A DNA stretch of 64,000 bases from Nitrosopumilales archaeon (GCA_044507735.1 JBIQJB010000001.1:128001-192000), one strand, 5' to 3'; counted from the stretch's first letter, positions 40,353 through 50,694 are shown. Notes: generated from the sequence alone by a model not told the origin. Made by a program: numbers and translations.

Positions 40353-40691
40353 AAAAGTTGCCGGAACTGTATCCGGTTTTATTGCTTCTGGAGCCGGCAC
40401 TATCCTTCAAGCTCAAAGCGCGAGCTTGTGCATATGGCGACGGAGGTATGATTTTGGCTACACAGTGAAGCAACGATTCGTTCATGTTTTTCATCCCAAA
40501 CCGGCTGTTTTTTCTGCCATACGCCTGAGTCTCGTGCCAGCTTGGCCCTCAATGAGCAAGCATCACTTGATATTTCTGGAGTTGTTGCATAATTTTGGAT
40601 CTACAATTGATGTCAGATGTCGACCACTCGATCTAACTGCGCAATTCCTCACACTACTCTGCCGATGTTCGCGGGTTTCCTCGCGCTATTT

Positions 40692-42314
40692 CTATGTCTT
40701 CTTTTTCAGCGCGACAACAACAGCTGCAGCAGCTGCTGCAAAGCCACCATAAGACAGGTACGCATTGTACGGCAGCATTACTGCAGATCCTACAAACAGC
40801 GCTGACGCAATTATGCTTGAAGCCAGCACGCTACCGTTCCTGTCATGCCTCCAGCCATACGGTCCCTCTCCTCCCATCTCCAGGTACATTTTCAAAAGAG
40901 GAGCCACGTTCACTGAGTCCTGTATGCCTTTTGCAAACCTTTTCGCAGAGACCTTGATTTCCTCAATGTAGGCATCTCTTACCAACTCCTCCTCCTCAAG
41001 CAGGTTGGCAAGAACTCTGACAAATTGGAATGGCACCTTGTGGTGCTGGTAGATCCCTTCGAGGATAGAAGCCATGCGCATGTAGAGCGCCAAGTTCTTT
41101 GGCAGCTTGAATGGAAAGCGGCTCATCGTCTTGTTTGCAAGGTCTACAAGCGCCCTTACCTCCATCCTGTCGACCTCTTTGCCATGCATCGACTGGATCG
41201 AAAGCGCGATTCCGCGTTCGACTATATAGCGGTTCACTGTGGGCTCTAGCGTCCCAAGCTCTATCAGGACGTTGACCGTCCTTTCCGGATCCTTGTCTAA
41301 CAGGCCAAGGTAGAGTCGGATGAGTCTGATGCGCGTTTCCTGGTCGAGCTTGCCGACCATTCCAAAATCGTACAGGATAAGCCTGCCGTCGTCTGCAACT
41401 GATATGTTACCCGGGTGCGGGTCAGCGTGAAAAAGGCTGTGGCGCAATAGCATTTTGAAGAACAGCCTGTGAATGCGCACTACCAGCTTTTCCCTGTCGA
41501 TTCCCTTTTCTTCTAGCCTTGCAATGTCTGTTATCTTTATCCCTGGAATGTATTGCATCGTAAGGACATGCCGACTGGTACGTTCCATGAACACGTCTGG
41601 TATTACAACTGATGAGTCGTCGGCTAGGTTGCGCTTTATGGTGAGCAGGTTGTTGGCCTCAACTCTGTAATCCATCTCCTCGTGTATAGTCTCGATGAAC
41701 TGCGCCAGCATGCCCTCGGCAGAGAAGCGAAGGTTGGGGTCGATAAAGCGCGTTGCAAGCGGCATTATCTTTTTGAGAACGTAAATGTCGTCCTCGATTA
41801 TTCGCTCGATATTTGGCCTGCCGACCTTGACTATCACCTGCCTTCCAGCATACTTTGCTACGTACACCTGTCCAAGCGATGCACCGGAAAGCGGGGCAGT
41901 ATCAAATTCTTCAAACACATCCTCGATCTTGCCCAGCTCCGCCTCTATTATCGGCCTTATCTCGTCGAAAGGCGCAGGTGGCACCTCATCCTGTAGTTTC
42001 GCAAGTACCTCCAGGTAGGGTTGTGGCAATATATCTACACGGGTTGATAGCCACTGGCCCAGCTTGATGTATGACGGTCCGAGATCAATGAATGTCTTGA
42101 GCGCCTTGCGGGCGTGGCGGCGGTATTTCTCTTCGTCAACATTCTTACCCTCCTTCTTGACCCACTCTCTCCTGTCCTTCCTGAAGTTAATTACAATGGG
42201 CAACAGCTTTAGCATCACTTTTGCAACGTGTAGCTTGGAAGGGTGGGGAAAAGAAGTCTCCTTCTGCTGCTTTTCATCGACACCCTCCTTTCCCAGTTGC
42301 ACAGGATGCTCCAT
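40692..42314 (-). CDS. ABC1/UbiB atypical protein kinase family
   Basis: LGPSYIKLGQ, GASLGQVY, VKV.RP, FHADPHPGN, YDFGM. Confidence 0.93.
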   Translation of the reverse strand: MEHPVQLGKEGVDEKQQKETSFPHPSKLHVAKVMLKLLPIVINFRKDRREWVKKEGKNVDEEKYRRHARKALKTFIDLGPSYIKLGQWLSTRVDILPQPYLEVLAKLQDEVPPAPFDEIRPIIEAELGKIEDVFEEFDTAPLSGASLGQVYVAKYAGRQVIVKVGRPNIERIIEDDIYVLKKIMPLATRFIDPNLRFSAEGMLAQFIETIHEEMDYRVEANNLLTIKRNLADDSSVVIPDVFMERTSRHVLTMQYIPGIKITDIARLEEKGIDREKLVVRIHRLFFKMLLRHSLFHADPHPGNISVADDGRLILYDFGMVGKLDQETRIRLIRLYLGLLDKDPERTVNVLIELGTLEPTVNRYIVERGIALSIQSMHGKEVDRMEVRALVDLANKTMSRFPFKLPKNLALYMRMASILEGIYQHHKVPFQFVRVLANLLEEEELVRDAYIEEIKVSAKRFAKGIQDSVNVAPLLKMYLEMGGEGPYGWRHDRNGSVLASSIIASALFVGSAVMLPYNAYLSYGGFAAAAAAVVVALKKKT

Positions 42315-42319
42315 GTTCT

Positions 42320-42733
42320 TTACTTGCGCCCCTTTATCGAATTTACAGCCTTGAATGCAAGGCTCCCCGCAGAAGAGCCAGCAAGGTAACCTGCAATCGC
42401 GGCATCGATAGCTGCATCTCGCATGCTCTTGCCTTCATGTTTCCGCTTCCTGTAAACAGATGTGCCCACCCGTCTGCCAACGATCAACGCAGCAGCAGCG
42501 CCGGCGATGTATTCCGGCGCATCGACAAGCAGGTGCCCCAGAGGGTTTGTCAGCGGGTCCACTTTGTCCATGTGCACAGTATAATGGGTTTCATAGTCGC
42601 GGATGTGGAGGTTGCCGGAACGGTATTGCCTCTTGGCTCCCTTTTTGCTTCCAAGGGCTGTCTCTTTGAGGTCAATTATTGGCCTGACGGCCTTGGGCAC
42701 AATGATGTTGCCGTCGCCGTCAATAAATTCCAC
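42320..42733 (-). CDS. conserved archaeal hypothetical protein
   Basis: GAKRQYR..NLHIR...HMDKVDP..NPLGHL..DAPE. Confidence 0.75.
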   Translation of the reverse strand: MEFIDGDGNIIVPKAVRPIIDLKETALGSKKGAKRQYRSGNLHIRDYETHYTVHMDKVDPLTNPLGHLLVDAPEYIAGAAAALIVGRRVGTSVYRKRKHEGKSMRDAAIDAAIAGYLAGSSAGSLAFKAVNSIKGRK

Positions 42734-42803
42734 GCCCGGAAAAGACCATAAATTGAATATAAAATTAGCGAATAGGTTTAATCCCTAGTCTAATGTTGTA
42801 GAG

Positions 42804-43337
42804 GTGGTGGGACGAAAGGTAAAGACAATTGAAAGTGCCAGAATCTACTCTGGCGGGGTGAACCTCCGGAAGGACCGGTTTTCGCTCAACGGCAGAGTTA
42901 TTGAAAAAGATATTGTAGAACACCGAAACTCGGTCGGGATAGTGCCGGTGAGTGGAAGTGATGTCATACTTGTGACGCAGTATCGGAGGGCCGCCGACAG
43001 GACATTGCTAGAGATTCCTGCGGGCAAGATCGAGAACGGCGAAACTCCAAGGCAAGCTGCAATCCGCGAGATGGCTGAAGAAATAGGCTACTCTGGCAGG
43101 CTGAAGCCACTTCTAAAATGGTACCTCGCTCCGGGCTACTCTACCGAGCTGATGCACGTGTTTGTCGCCACAGACCTGAGAAAGATAAAACGGGGCCCAC
43201 TTGACGACGATGAGAATATCCGGATAAGGAAAATAAAGCTTGCAGCCGCCATCAAGAAATGCCTGAACGGGGAGATCCTAGACAGCAAGACTATTGCATC
43301 TCTTCTAGCCTACAGCCAGTCCGACTGCACTGGCTGA
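42804..43337 (+). CDS. NUDIX hydrolase (ADP-ribose pyrophosphatase-like)
   Basis: Nudix box GKIENGETPRQAAIREMAEEIG; QYR and LAPG. Confidence 0.92.
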   Translation: MVGRKVKTIESARIYSGGVNLRKDRFSLNGRVIEKDIVEHRNSVGIVPVSGSDVILVTQYRRAADRTLLEIPAGKIENGETPRQAAIREMAEEIGYSGRLKPLLKWYLAPGYSTELMHVFVATDLRKIKRGPLDDDENIRIRKIKLAAAIKKCLNGEILDSKTIASLLAYSQSDCTG

Positions 43338-44296
43338 TACACCTTTTTTCTCGCGTCGTCGAGGCTGTTTCTCTCGATTATTAGGCCCTGGCGCTTGAGA
43401 TCCTCGACTGCGGCCTGCACAGTCCTCCTGGGCAGATGGCTCATGGAGACAAGCTCGGTTTGGTCTATCGGGTGTTTTGTCCTGATCACAAAATAGATGA
43501 ACTTTGCGGCAGGACCTCCCTCTGGATTTCTGCGCAGATATGATACGCCAAACGCTGACTTTGAGAGAAAGCCTCTGCGCTGCGACTCCACGGACGCGAC
43601 TGCGTCAGGGTGAACCTCTGCAAGGTTGACCCGCTGGCCAAACTCTGCAATGAGCGCAGACTGCTGTGACTCTAGTGGTGCTTCAAAGATGAATGTACTT
43701 GGAGGGTAATCGTTTGTTATCGCCCCAACAAAGCTCCACTTTACAAGCGCCTTTTCGTCATAGATTCCAACATTGACGCCTTCGTTTGCCTCAAGCACGA
43801 TTTTCTTTGACCCAATTTTTACTGCCTCCTCTATCTTTGCAAGCGTGTCGTCGATGGTGAGCTGGTGCCTTGGATCCTTCTTCCCCACCTTCCACTGAAA
43901 CTCTAATCCTGCCGACTTGATCGTGTCGCTGATCTTTCTCTTTTGATCAAATGAAAGGTCGATGCTGTTCTCCCCAACTTCGACAATGTCAAAGCCGACT
44001 GTTGCGGCCTCTCTGACAAACTTTTCCAGCGAATTCTCGGAGATGGCAAACTCTGTTATTGTACTGCCTGTCGAAACCTGTACCCCGAAGTCATGGTAGA
44101 ACTTGATCTTTTTCTTGAGGTTCTCCTCTGACATGAGCATGGGGAGCACGCCATAGATCTTGACCACGTCGATAAATTGCGCAATGGTCGAAAAGTTGTC
44201 CTTGTCAATACCTTGCAGTTTGTCCACAGTGCATGTCAGCCCCTCCTTGCGGGGCTTCTTTGCATCTACTCTATTCTTTACGAAGTCGTCAAGCAT
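43310..44296 (-). CDS. phosphosulfolactate synthase (ComA)-like domain fused to a C-terminal winged helix
   Basis: KPR.EGLT, VGKKD, IFEAP...Q, FG..VNLA, E.QRRG, then PAAKFIY...QTEL...LPRRTV..AV..LK..GLI. Confidence 0.82.
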   Translation of the reverse strand: MLDDFVKNRVDAKKPRKEGLTCTVDKLQGIDKDNFSTIAQFIDVVKIYGVLPMLMSEENLKKKIKFYHDFGVQVSTGSTITEFAISENSLEKFVREAATVGFDIVEVGENSIDLSFDQKRKISDTIKSAGLEFQWKVGKKDPRHQLTIDDTLAKIEEAVKIGSKKIVLEANEGVNVGIYDEKALVKWSFVGAITNDYPPSTFIFEAPLESQQSALIAEFGQRVNLAEVHPDAVASVESQRRGFLSKSAFGVSYLRRNPEGGPAAKFIYFVIRTKHPIDQTELVSMSHLPRRTVQAAVEDLKRQGLIIERNSLDDARKKVYQPVQSDWL

Positions 44297-44367
44297 GAAT
44301 TAGCGTGATATATGCAGATTTTGCGCATATTTTAATCTGCATGTCCTAGTCCTCATCAATCAAACGA

Positions 44368-45153
44368 TTATTCGTTGTGCTGGTCCAGTCCCCATCGAGC
44401 GCTAATCTTGTCTTCGATCTTGCGGAAAATGACTCTGTCAAATACTACACCTATGACAAAGATCGTAATCATTGTGGCAATGATGTCCTCCATACTGTTG
44501 AATTCCCTTCCGATCATCAGTATGTGCCCGAGGCCATACAGCGTGGTTATCAACATCTCTGCACCAATGAGCGCGTGCCATGCGAAGGACCATGCCTGTC
44601 GGATTCCGAGTACGAGCGATGGTGTAGCTGCGGGGATCATTACGTGGCGGAACAATGCGAACCCCTTTGCACCCATGTTGCGCGCTGCTCGAAGGTATAT
44701 CGGCGGTATATTGCGGATCGAGCTGTAGGTCGTTATCATCACAGAAAACACGGAGGCCATGATGACTACGAATAATATTCCGAGATCGTTGAAACCAAAG
44801 AATATGATGGCGAATGGCACCCATGCTATGCTTGGGAATGTCAGGAGACCGACTGCGAACGAGCTCATCGTCTTGCCAAAGCCTCGAAACTTGACCATTA
44901 CAAGCCCGGCGGCTACCCCAATGCCAAGCGAGATCACAAAGCCAGCACCAAGCCTTGCCATCGTCGTCGCAATGCCGATCGGCAATGAGGAATTTGCCAC
45001 AAGGTCTCCTATTGCAGAGACGACCATCGCCGGTGAAGGCAGTAGGAACGTTGGCCAGATCCCTAGTAGGAATACAAGCTGCCATATGCCGACGAACGCC
45101 GCCAGGAACAGCGCGACATTGGCAGCGTCACTTACGTCAAAGCCACGCTTCAT
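44368..45153 (-). CDS. sulfonate/nitrate-type ABC transporter permease (SsuC/TauC-like)
   Basis: LLPSP, FPSIAWVP, AARNMGA, W..LIGAEM; ATG 45153 preferred. Confidence 0.9.
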   Translation of the reverse strand: MKRGFDVSDAANVALFLAAFVGIWQLVFLLGIWPTFLLPSPAMVVSAIGDLVANSSLPIGIATTMARLGAGFVISLGIGVAAGLVMVKFRGFGKTMSSFAVGLLTFPSIAWVPFAIIFFGFNDLGILFVVIMASVFSVMITTYSSIRNIPPIYLRAARNMGAKGFALFRHVMIPAATPSLVLGIRQAWSFAWHALIGAEMLITTLYGLGHILMIGREFNSMEDIIATMITIFVIGVVFDRVIFRKIEDKISARWGLDQHNE

Positions 45154-45179
45154 GGACTGCTTCCGTGCGCGTTTCTCTT

Positions 45180-45650
45180 CTAGCAAATCAGAAACCCTCC
45201 GCAAGTTCTTTCTGTATTAGCATCTTGACTGTTGTGAATTTCTGTACTGCCGCAATCCCGGGTTAGTGGAAGATTTGTCGAAAACTCCCCATTGCTCTCA
45301 TTCATACTTGTAGACAGCAGCGTAGTCTTGTCTCGAAGTGAGATTTCTTCGTTGATGTTGCCAGTGGCGAGTGGGATCGTCTCCTTGACGGCCTTGTATA
45401 TCCGTATGAGTTGGTTGTGCAACAGTTCTCTTGCCTGTTGGGCAAGCGTGAATGACTCATACATCAACAGCCGTCCAGCTACCATTTTGGACGATGTGCT
45501 GTTTCGCTTGTCAGGCACACCCGCGGTCACCAAAAGCTCTCCAGCATTGACACTCGTGTTGACGATGTTCCGGACTATGGACTGCTGCTGAGACACAGGA
45601 CTTGCATGATGGAAAGCCTCGGGGATTCCGCTTACCTCCAATACTGACAT
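45180..45650 (-). pseudogene. degenerate, internally deleted ABC ATP-binding subunit
   Basis: MSVLEVSGI, VNAGELL.. with decayed Walker A (GVPDKRNST), Walker B (LLMYESF) and H-loop (LATGNINE); sits between binding protein and permease. Confidence 0.72.
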
Positions 45651-45762
45651 CCTAGCCTGTCGATACCTGGTTGTCGTCAAGTTTTGCCACACTCGATTCT
45701 ATTGCACAGCATATAATCTACCCTATAGGTGCAATTGTCGCCATGTAGATGCAACTTTTGCA

Positions 45763-46824
45763 TCATTGTATCTGCTCCAATCCCTTCTTGGCAAGGACCT
45801 CATTCAGCAACCTCAAGTCGTAAATGTTTGACAGATCAGGCCTCTTGTCAAAGAATCCTATGTCAAACGCGTCATTGGCCGACTTGATCAGCGATTCCTG
45901 TACAGGATCCCATGTCAGGGTCATCCTGGAGAGTCCTTCTTTGAACTCATCTTCGGGTATGGTCTTTCCTGTGAGTCTTTCTAGCTGTGCATTAAACACA
46001 GCGATTGCTTCGTCTTGGTTTTCGTTTATCCATTGGGTTTCTGCAACATGCGCTTCCAACAGCTTGCTGATTATTTCGGGGTTCTTTTCCAGATATTCAG
46101 TCCTGGCAATAACATGTGCGGTAACAAATTCGCCTTCGGGCCAGAGCTCTCTCTCATCTAGGAAGATCCGGCCATTAGCTTCGTTGACCAGCTTTGCTCC
46201 CCAAGGCTCTGGGACCCATGCACCGTGGATCTCTTTCTTTGTCATGAGGGTGACTATGTCGCTATTTTTTGCTGGAAGTACTTCGATATTGCCACCGTTT
46301 TCTTTTGTGTTAAGGCCATTTTCAAGCAGATACTTTCTCAATGCAACATCCTGCGTGTTTCCAAGCTGGGGGGATGATAGCTTCTTGTTGGCCAAATCCT
46401 CGACCGAATTGATACCAGCGTCGTTCCTGACTACAAACACCGCGCCTCCGCTAGTTGCGCCGGAAATGATTCTGAGAGCCTTGCCGCCCGACTGCACATA
46501 GCCGTTGATCGCGGGGTTTGGACCGATGTAAGTCACGTCGATCTGATTAGCAAATAACGCCTCGATGGCAGAAGGGCCCGCATTGAATACCTGAGTTCTC
46601 ACTTCAATGTCGTCGCCAAGAGCTTTTTGAAAGTCGCCATTACCAAGGCCAATGACCGCCTGTGCATGATTGATGTTTGGGAAATATCCAATCCTCAGAA
46701 CTTTTGATTTTGCTTCTGAACCGCCGTTGCTTCCAGCAAGCGATAATCCTAGTGTAGGTATTGAAGTCAAAATGACTGCGATGATTATTGCTGCAGTAAT
46801 CCCTACCTTGATCCTATTATCCAT
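45763..46824 (-). CDS. aliphatic-sulfonate-type ABC substrate-binding protein (SsuA-like)
   Basis: LRIGYFPNINHAQA, FNAGP, YIGPNPAIN, PQLGNTQDVALR, WVPEPW. Confidence 0.9.
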   Translation of the reverse strand: MDNRIKVGITAAIIIAVILTSIPTLGLSLAGSNGGSEAKSKVLRIGYFPNINHAQAVIGLGNGDFQKALGDDIEVRTQVFNAGPSAIEALFANQIDVTYIGPNPAINGYVQSGGKALRIISGATSGGAVFVVRNDAGINSVEDLANKKLSSPQLGNTQDVALRKYLLENGLNTKENGGNIEVLPAKNSDIVTLMTKKEIHGAWVPEPWGAKLVNEANGRIFLDERELWPEGEFVTAHVIARTEYLEKNPEIISKLLEAHVAETQWINENQDEAIAVFNAQLERLTGKTIPEDEFKEGLSRMTLTWDPVQESLIKSANDAFDIGFFDKRPDLSNIYDLRLLNEVLAKKGLEQIQ

Positions 46825-47104
46825 GGCGGATGTGATACATGCGCTATTTAATACTGCTTTTAATCATGCAAAAAACGGGTATTATGTGCAAAATGCGCAA
46901 GGAACCACTACTACAAGACGCAACAATAGCATATGACATGAAATGGGCCTGAAGCTGTTGCAAGTTTACATATCATGATTGCGAGTGTCATGCAGGCACC
47001 GCACAATACGTCCGACTTGTATCGTACATTCAAACGATCTGTCCAATGAACCATGCAGAATACCTTGGACTTTCTGAAAATCGTACAGGGCTATGGTTTG
47101 AACA

Positions 47105-48898
47105 TCATGCCGTTTCTGTGTCATGTGAGTGAACCTTTCTCAGGACATCGTGTACCTGATTGCGGAAGAGTGTGAGCCCGATTCTGCGTGCATATGGCTG
47201 GCCTTTCGCGAACGATTCTGCGAGGTTGGTTACAAAATCCATTTCGACCTTTGGAGGCATCGGGGGCTCGAACGGATCCACATACGCTTCTATTATCGTG
47301 GGTTTTTTCTCCCGCATAGCTTGGCTTATTACTGTCCTCACTTCTGCTGGATCATTTACCGAGTAACCTCTGCCACCACAACTTTCAGCAAATGCAGAGA
47401 AGTCTATCGGGGTAAATTCGACACCGTATTCTGGATTGCCGAGGAATGCCATCTGCTCCCACCTGATCATTCCAAGCGTATTATTCTTGATTATCACAAC
47501 TTTTATCGGTAGGTTATATTGCACGGCCGTTGCAAATTCGGCCATCAGCATGGAAAAGCCGCCGTCGCCTACAAACGCAATGCATTGCTTGTCTGGGTAC
47601 GCAATCTGGGCTGCTATTGCGTACGGCAGACCGCAGGCCATGCTTGCAAGCGTGCCAGAGAGCGAAAACTTCATGCCACGGCGTAGCTGAATGTATTGCG
47701 CGGCCCAGATTGTGTTTGTACCGCTGTCCACTGAAATTATCGCATTGTCCTGCAGTTCTTCAGATACTGCGGCTGCGATCACCTGTGGTTTGATCGGCTT
47801 GTCAGTTCTGCTGCTGCGCTCCCTGAGGAGGCCCATCCAGTCTTTCATGGCTCTTTGTCTTGACTGCAAAAAATCGCGGTTTTCCTTGTGCTTCAGCAGC
47901 GGGAGAAGCATGGACAACGTGGTTTTAGAGTCGCCTACCAGGCCAGTTTCTACAGGATATCGCAGACCAATTTTCTCGGGCAGGAGGTCAATCTGGACTC
48001 CTCTTGCTTGGCCGGGTTTGGGCAGGTAGTCAATGTAAGGAAACGAAGTTCCCACCATCAATAGCGTATCTGCCTGCTCCATAGCGTCGGTAGCCGGCTC
48101 CGTCCCCAGCATCCCTATGCCTCCAAGATTGTTTGGGTGGTCGTCAGAAACTACCGCCTTTCCTAGCAGTGCCTTGACTATTGGCGCACCCAGCCTCTCA
48201 GACACCGCCTCGACTTCTGCGCCAGCTCTCAGTGCACCCTGTCCGACAAGCATTACCACCCTTTCGCCTGCATTGAGGATATCCGCTGCTTTCTTTACCA
48301 TCACAGGATCGGGTACAACACAGGACGCAAATACATCTGAGGTATGACCTGCGACCTTGTGCCGCGAGTACCTGCCACTCAACCTCTTTTCCTGAACGTC
48401 TATTGGGATGGTCAGGTGGCTTACACCGCGCCTAGAAATTGCAGTCCGGCATGCAATGTCGACGGCCATCTCTGCATGCTCTGGGCTGTTTATCATATTG
48501 TTATAAACAGAAACGTCTGAAAAGAGATGAACAAGGTTGACGTCCTGCTGGTAGTTTGAGCCTATCATGTCAGAGTATGTGGTACCTGTTATGGCAATAA
48601 CAGGCGTGTTGTCGGCCTTGGCATCGTATAGACCTGTCAGAAGATGTATGGCACCCGGTCCCGATGTTGCTACACATGCCCCCAGCTTGCCTGTGTATTT
48701 TGCATAGGCACATGCCATGAACGCAGCTGATTCCTCGTGGCGAACCAGCACAAATTTTATCTTGTCCTTACGGCGTCTGAGCGCCTCGATAAATCCATTG
48801 ATACCGTCTCCTGGGAGCCCGAACATTACTTCCACTCCCCAATCGAGCAGCGATTCTGCTACAATGTCAGCCGTGCTAGCTCCTTCATCTACAACCAT
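47105..48898 (-). CDS. thiamine-pyrophosphate-dependent pyruvate oxidase/dehydrogenase (PoxB-like)
   Basis: FGLPGDGIN, RHEESAAF, TSGPGAIHL, GDGGF...NNTLGMI.WEQ. Confidence 0.9.
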   Translation of the reverse strand: MVVDEGASTADIVAESLLDWGVEVMFGLPGDGINGFIEALRRRKDKIKFVLVRHEESAAFMACAYAKYTGKLGACVATSGPGAIHLLTGLYDAKADNTPVIAITGTTYSDMIGSNYQQDVNLVHLFSDVSVYNNMINSPEHAEMAVDIACRTAISRRGVSHLTIPIDVQEKRLSGRYSRHKVAGHTSDVFASCVVPDPVMVKKAADILNAGERVVMLVGQGALRAGAEVEAVSERLGAPIVKALLGKAVVSDDHPNNLGGIGMLGTEPATDAMEQADTLLMVGTSFPYIDYLPKPGQARGVQIDLLPEKIGLRYPVETGLVGDSKTTLSMLLPLLKHKENRDFLQSRQRAMKDWMGLLRERSSRTDKPIKPQVIAAAVSEELQDNAIISVDSGTNTIWAAQYIQLRRGMKFSLSGTLASMACGLPYAIAAQIAYPDKQCIAFVGDGGFSMLMAEFATAVQYNLPIKVVIIKNNTLGMIRWEQMAFLGNPEYGVEFTPIDFSAFAESCGGRGYSVNDPAEVRTVISQAMREKKPTIIEAYVDPFEPPMPPKVEMDFVTNLAESFAKGQPYARRIGLTLFRNQVHDVLRKVHSHDTETA

Positions 48899-48970
48899 TG
48901 CGATATTATTTGCAGGATTACAAGTAAGCGGATTGAAAGAATGTTATAGAGAATCTGTTGCAGCAGGTAT

Positions 48971-49279
48971 TCAGACGTCTGCGAGCTTGTCTATGGTTTT
49001 TGCAAGCCTGATGTCGTAATTGCTGATGCCGCCGACATCGTGCGTGACCAAGTCGATCTTGACTTTGTTGTACACATTGAACCATTCTGGATGATGGTTC
49101 ATCTTTTCGGCCTCTATGGCGACCATTGTCATAAAGCCAAACGCATGTACGAAATCGTCGAATTCAAAGGTCTTGCTTACCTTGCCATCTACAACTTTCC
49201 AGCCCCTGAGATTGACTGTCTGCTCATGTATCTCCTTTTCAGATAGCTTCCTATAGTCCTCTTCCACTTCATTGGACAT
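48971..49279 (-). CDS. pterin-4-alpha-carbinolamine dehydratase
   Basis: [25 protein letters not shown]. Confidence 0.93.
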   Translation of the reverse strand: MSNEVEEDYRKLSEKEIHEQTVNLRGWKVVDGKVSKTFEFDDFVHAFGFMTMVAIEAEKMNHHPEWFNVYNKVKIDLVTHDVGGISNYDIRLAKTIDKLADV

Positions 49280-49314
49280 GTGCAAATACGCTACTCAGGT
49301 CTTGCGCAGCGTAC

Positions 49315-50694
49315 CTAATACGTCTTCCCAAGCAGCGATGTCCTCTTGGCTGCGATCACTCCGCCAATAGCAAGAGCGGCAACAATAGCTGCAATGCTTG
49401 CAGGGAACTCTGGAACCACTGTAACACTCGACTGGATTGATTCGCTGGTTCCTCTTATCTTGTCCACTCTGACAGTAAACGACCCTGTCGTATTGAAAGT
49501 GACGTCCTGTGATGAGACGCCTTCCGGTGTAGTTACTCCACCTGCGCGGATGATTTCGCCGCCGTTCTCATCCATTATGACAAACTCATACGTCGCTGCG
49601 TTCAACGGCTGGTCAGCGTTGTCAGTTATTCTGATGCCAAACGTTACTGGCTGTTGGGGCAATATTTGCTCTGGCCATGTGAACGCCACCTTGTAGTTTT
49701 CAGAGTTTGCAGCAATCTGAGCTACTCTCACTTCGCTGGTCGGCGGGCTCAATGAAAATACAGCCTTGTCTGGCGTCCTTCCTTCAGATACGACTCTTTC
49801 AGCTATGTTCTGGAGGTTGTTCTTTGAGATCGTAAAGTGCACTATTGTGGCCTCTGGTGTGTATGTGTCGACTGCCACTGGCACGCTTATGCCGTTCACA
49901 GTTGCATTGAGTGACTGCTTGTTAAAGTCGGAAAGCGCCTTTGGTATGAATACTTCTGTATGGAGCATACCTATTCTGCTCGGTAGGTCAGAGGACCAGT
50001 CAAATGGCATCGAAAACTCGATGGTCTTGGTTTGCTCATTGTAGCTGTGGTTATCGATAGCGCCATAGTAGTTCCTGACCTTGACCTGCTGGCCTTCTGC
50101 ATCTATCACTTCTTCGCGGCCAGGGGTGACCCAGACATCGTACTGAAGCACCGGAGCAACCTGAGTTCTTGTGGTGCCCACCGTGTGAATTTCCACAAAG
50201 AGATTGTATAGCCCGGGCTCATTGAAAATTGGTCCTTCGATGGTCACAGGCCCGCCTCTGTTCCATATGCCTCCGAACTGCGGCTCTGACTCTCCCCTTG
50301 CCACCGCATTTTCAGCGTCCTTTGGAACCACCTTGATTCGCAGGTTACCTTCTGGATCGTAGAAAAATCCTTGACCTCCGAACTGTCCACCTTCAGTCAG
50401 GATCGGGATTTCGTTTCCGTCTTTCTTGAAAAAGACCCTGTAAGTCACTTCCCTAAAGTTCTCATTAGTATTTTCATCAAAGAACCTAGCGTTGATATAG
50501 ACAGGATCGGCAGAAGTGGTCACTACTAGAGGCTCGAGCGAAACAAAGAGGCTGGCCTTCTTGCCCCCGAAATCGGCGGGAGGGGGCTGGTGCCCACCGT
50601 GAGCAAATGCGCTGGGCAGTGCAGGTGCAGAAATCATCACTGTGACAAGAAACGCGAGTAACAAGATGGAACCGAGAATTCTTCTCTCCGGCAT
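49315..50694 (-). CDS. exported protein with PEF(G)-CTERM archaeosortase-type anchor
   Basis: Signal peptide; C-terminal VVPEFP, TM helix and basic tail. Confidence 0.85.
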   Translation of the reverse strand: MPERRILGSILLLAFLVTVMISAPALPSAFAHGGHQPPPADFGGKKASLFVSLEPLVVTTSADPVYINARFFDENTNENFREVTYRVFFKKDGNEIPILTEGGQFGGQGFFYDPEGNLRIKVVPKDAENAVARGESEPQFGGIWNRGGPVTIEGPIFNEPGLYNLFVEIHTVGTTRTQVAPVLQYDVWVTPGREEVIDAEGQQVKVRNYYGAIDNHSYNEQTKTIEFSMPFDWSSDLPSRIGMLHTEVFIPKALSDFNKQSLNATVNGISVPVAVDTYTPEATIVHFTISKNNLQNIAERVVSEGRTPDKAVFSLSPPTSEVRVAQIAANSENYKVAFTWPEQILPQQPVTFGIRITDNADQPLNAATYEFVIMDENGGEIIRAGGVTTPEGVSSQDVTFNTTGSFTVRVDKIRGTSESIQSSVTVVPEFPASIAAIVAALAIGGVIAAKRTSLLGKTY

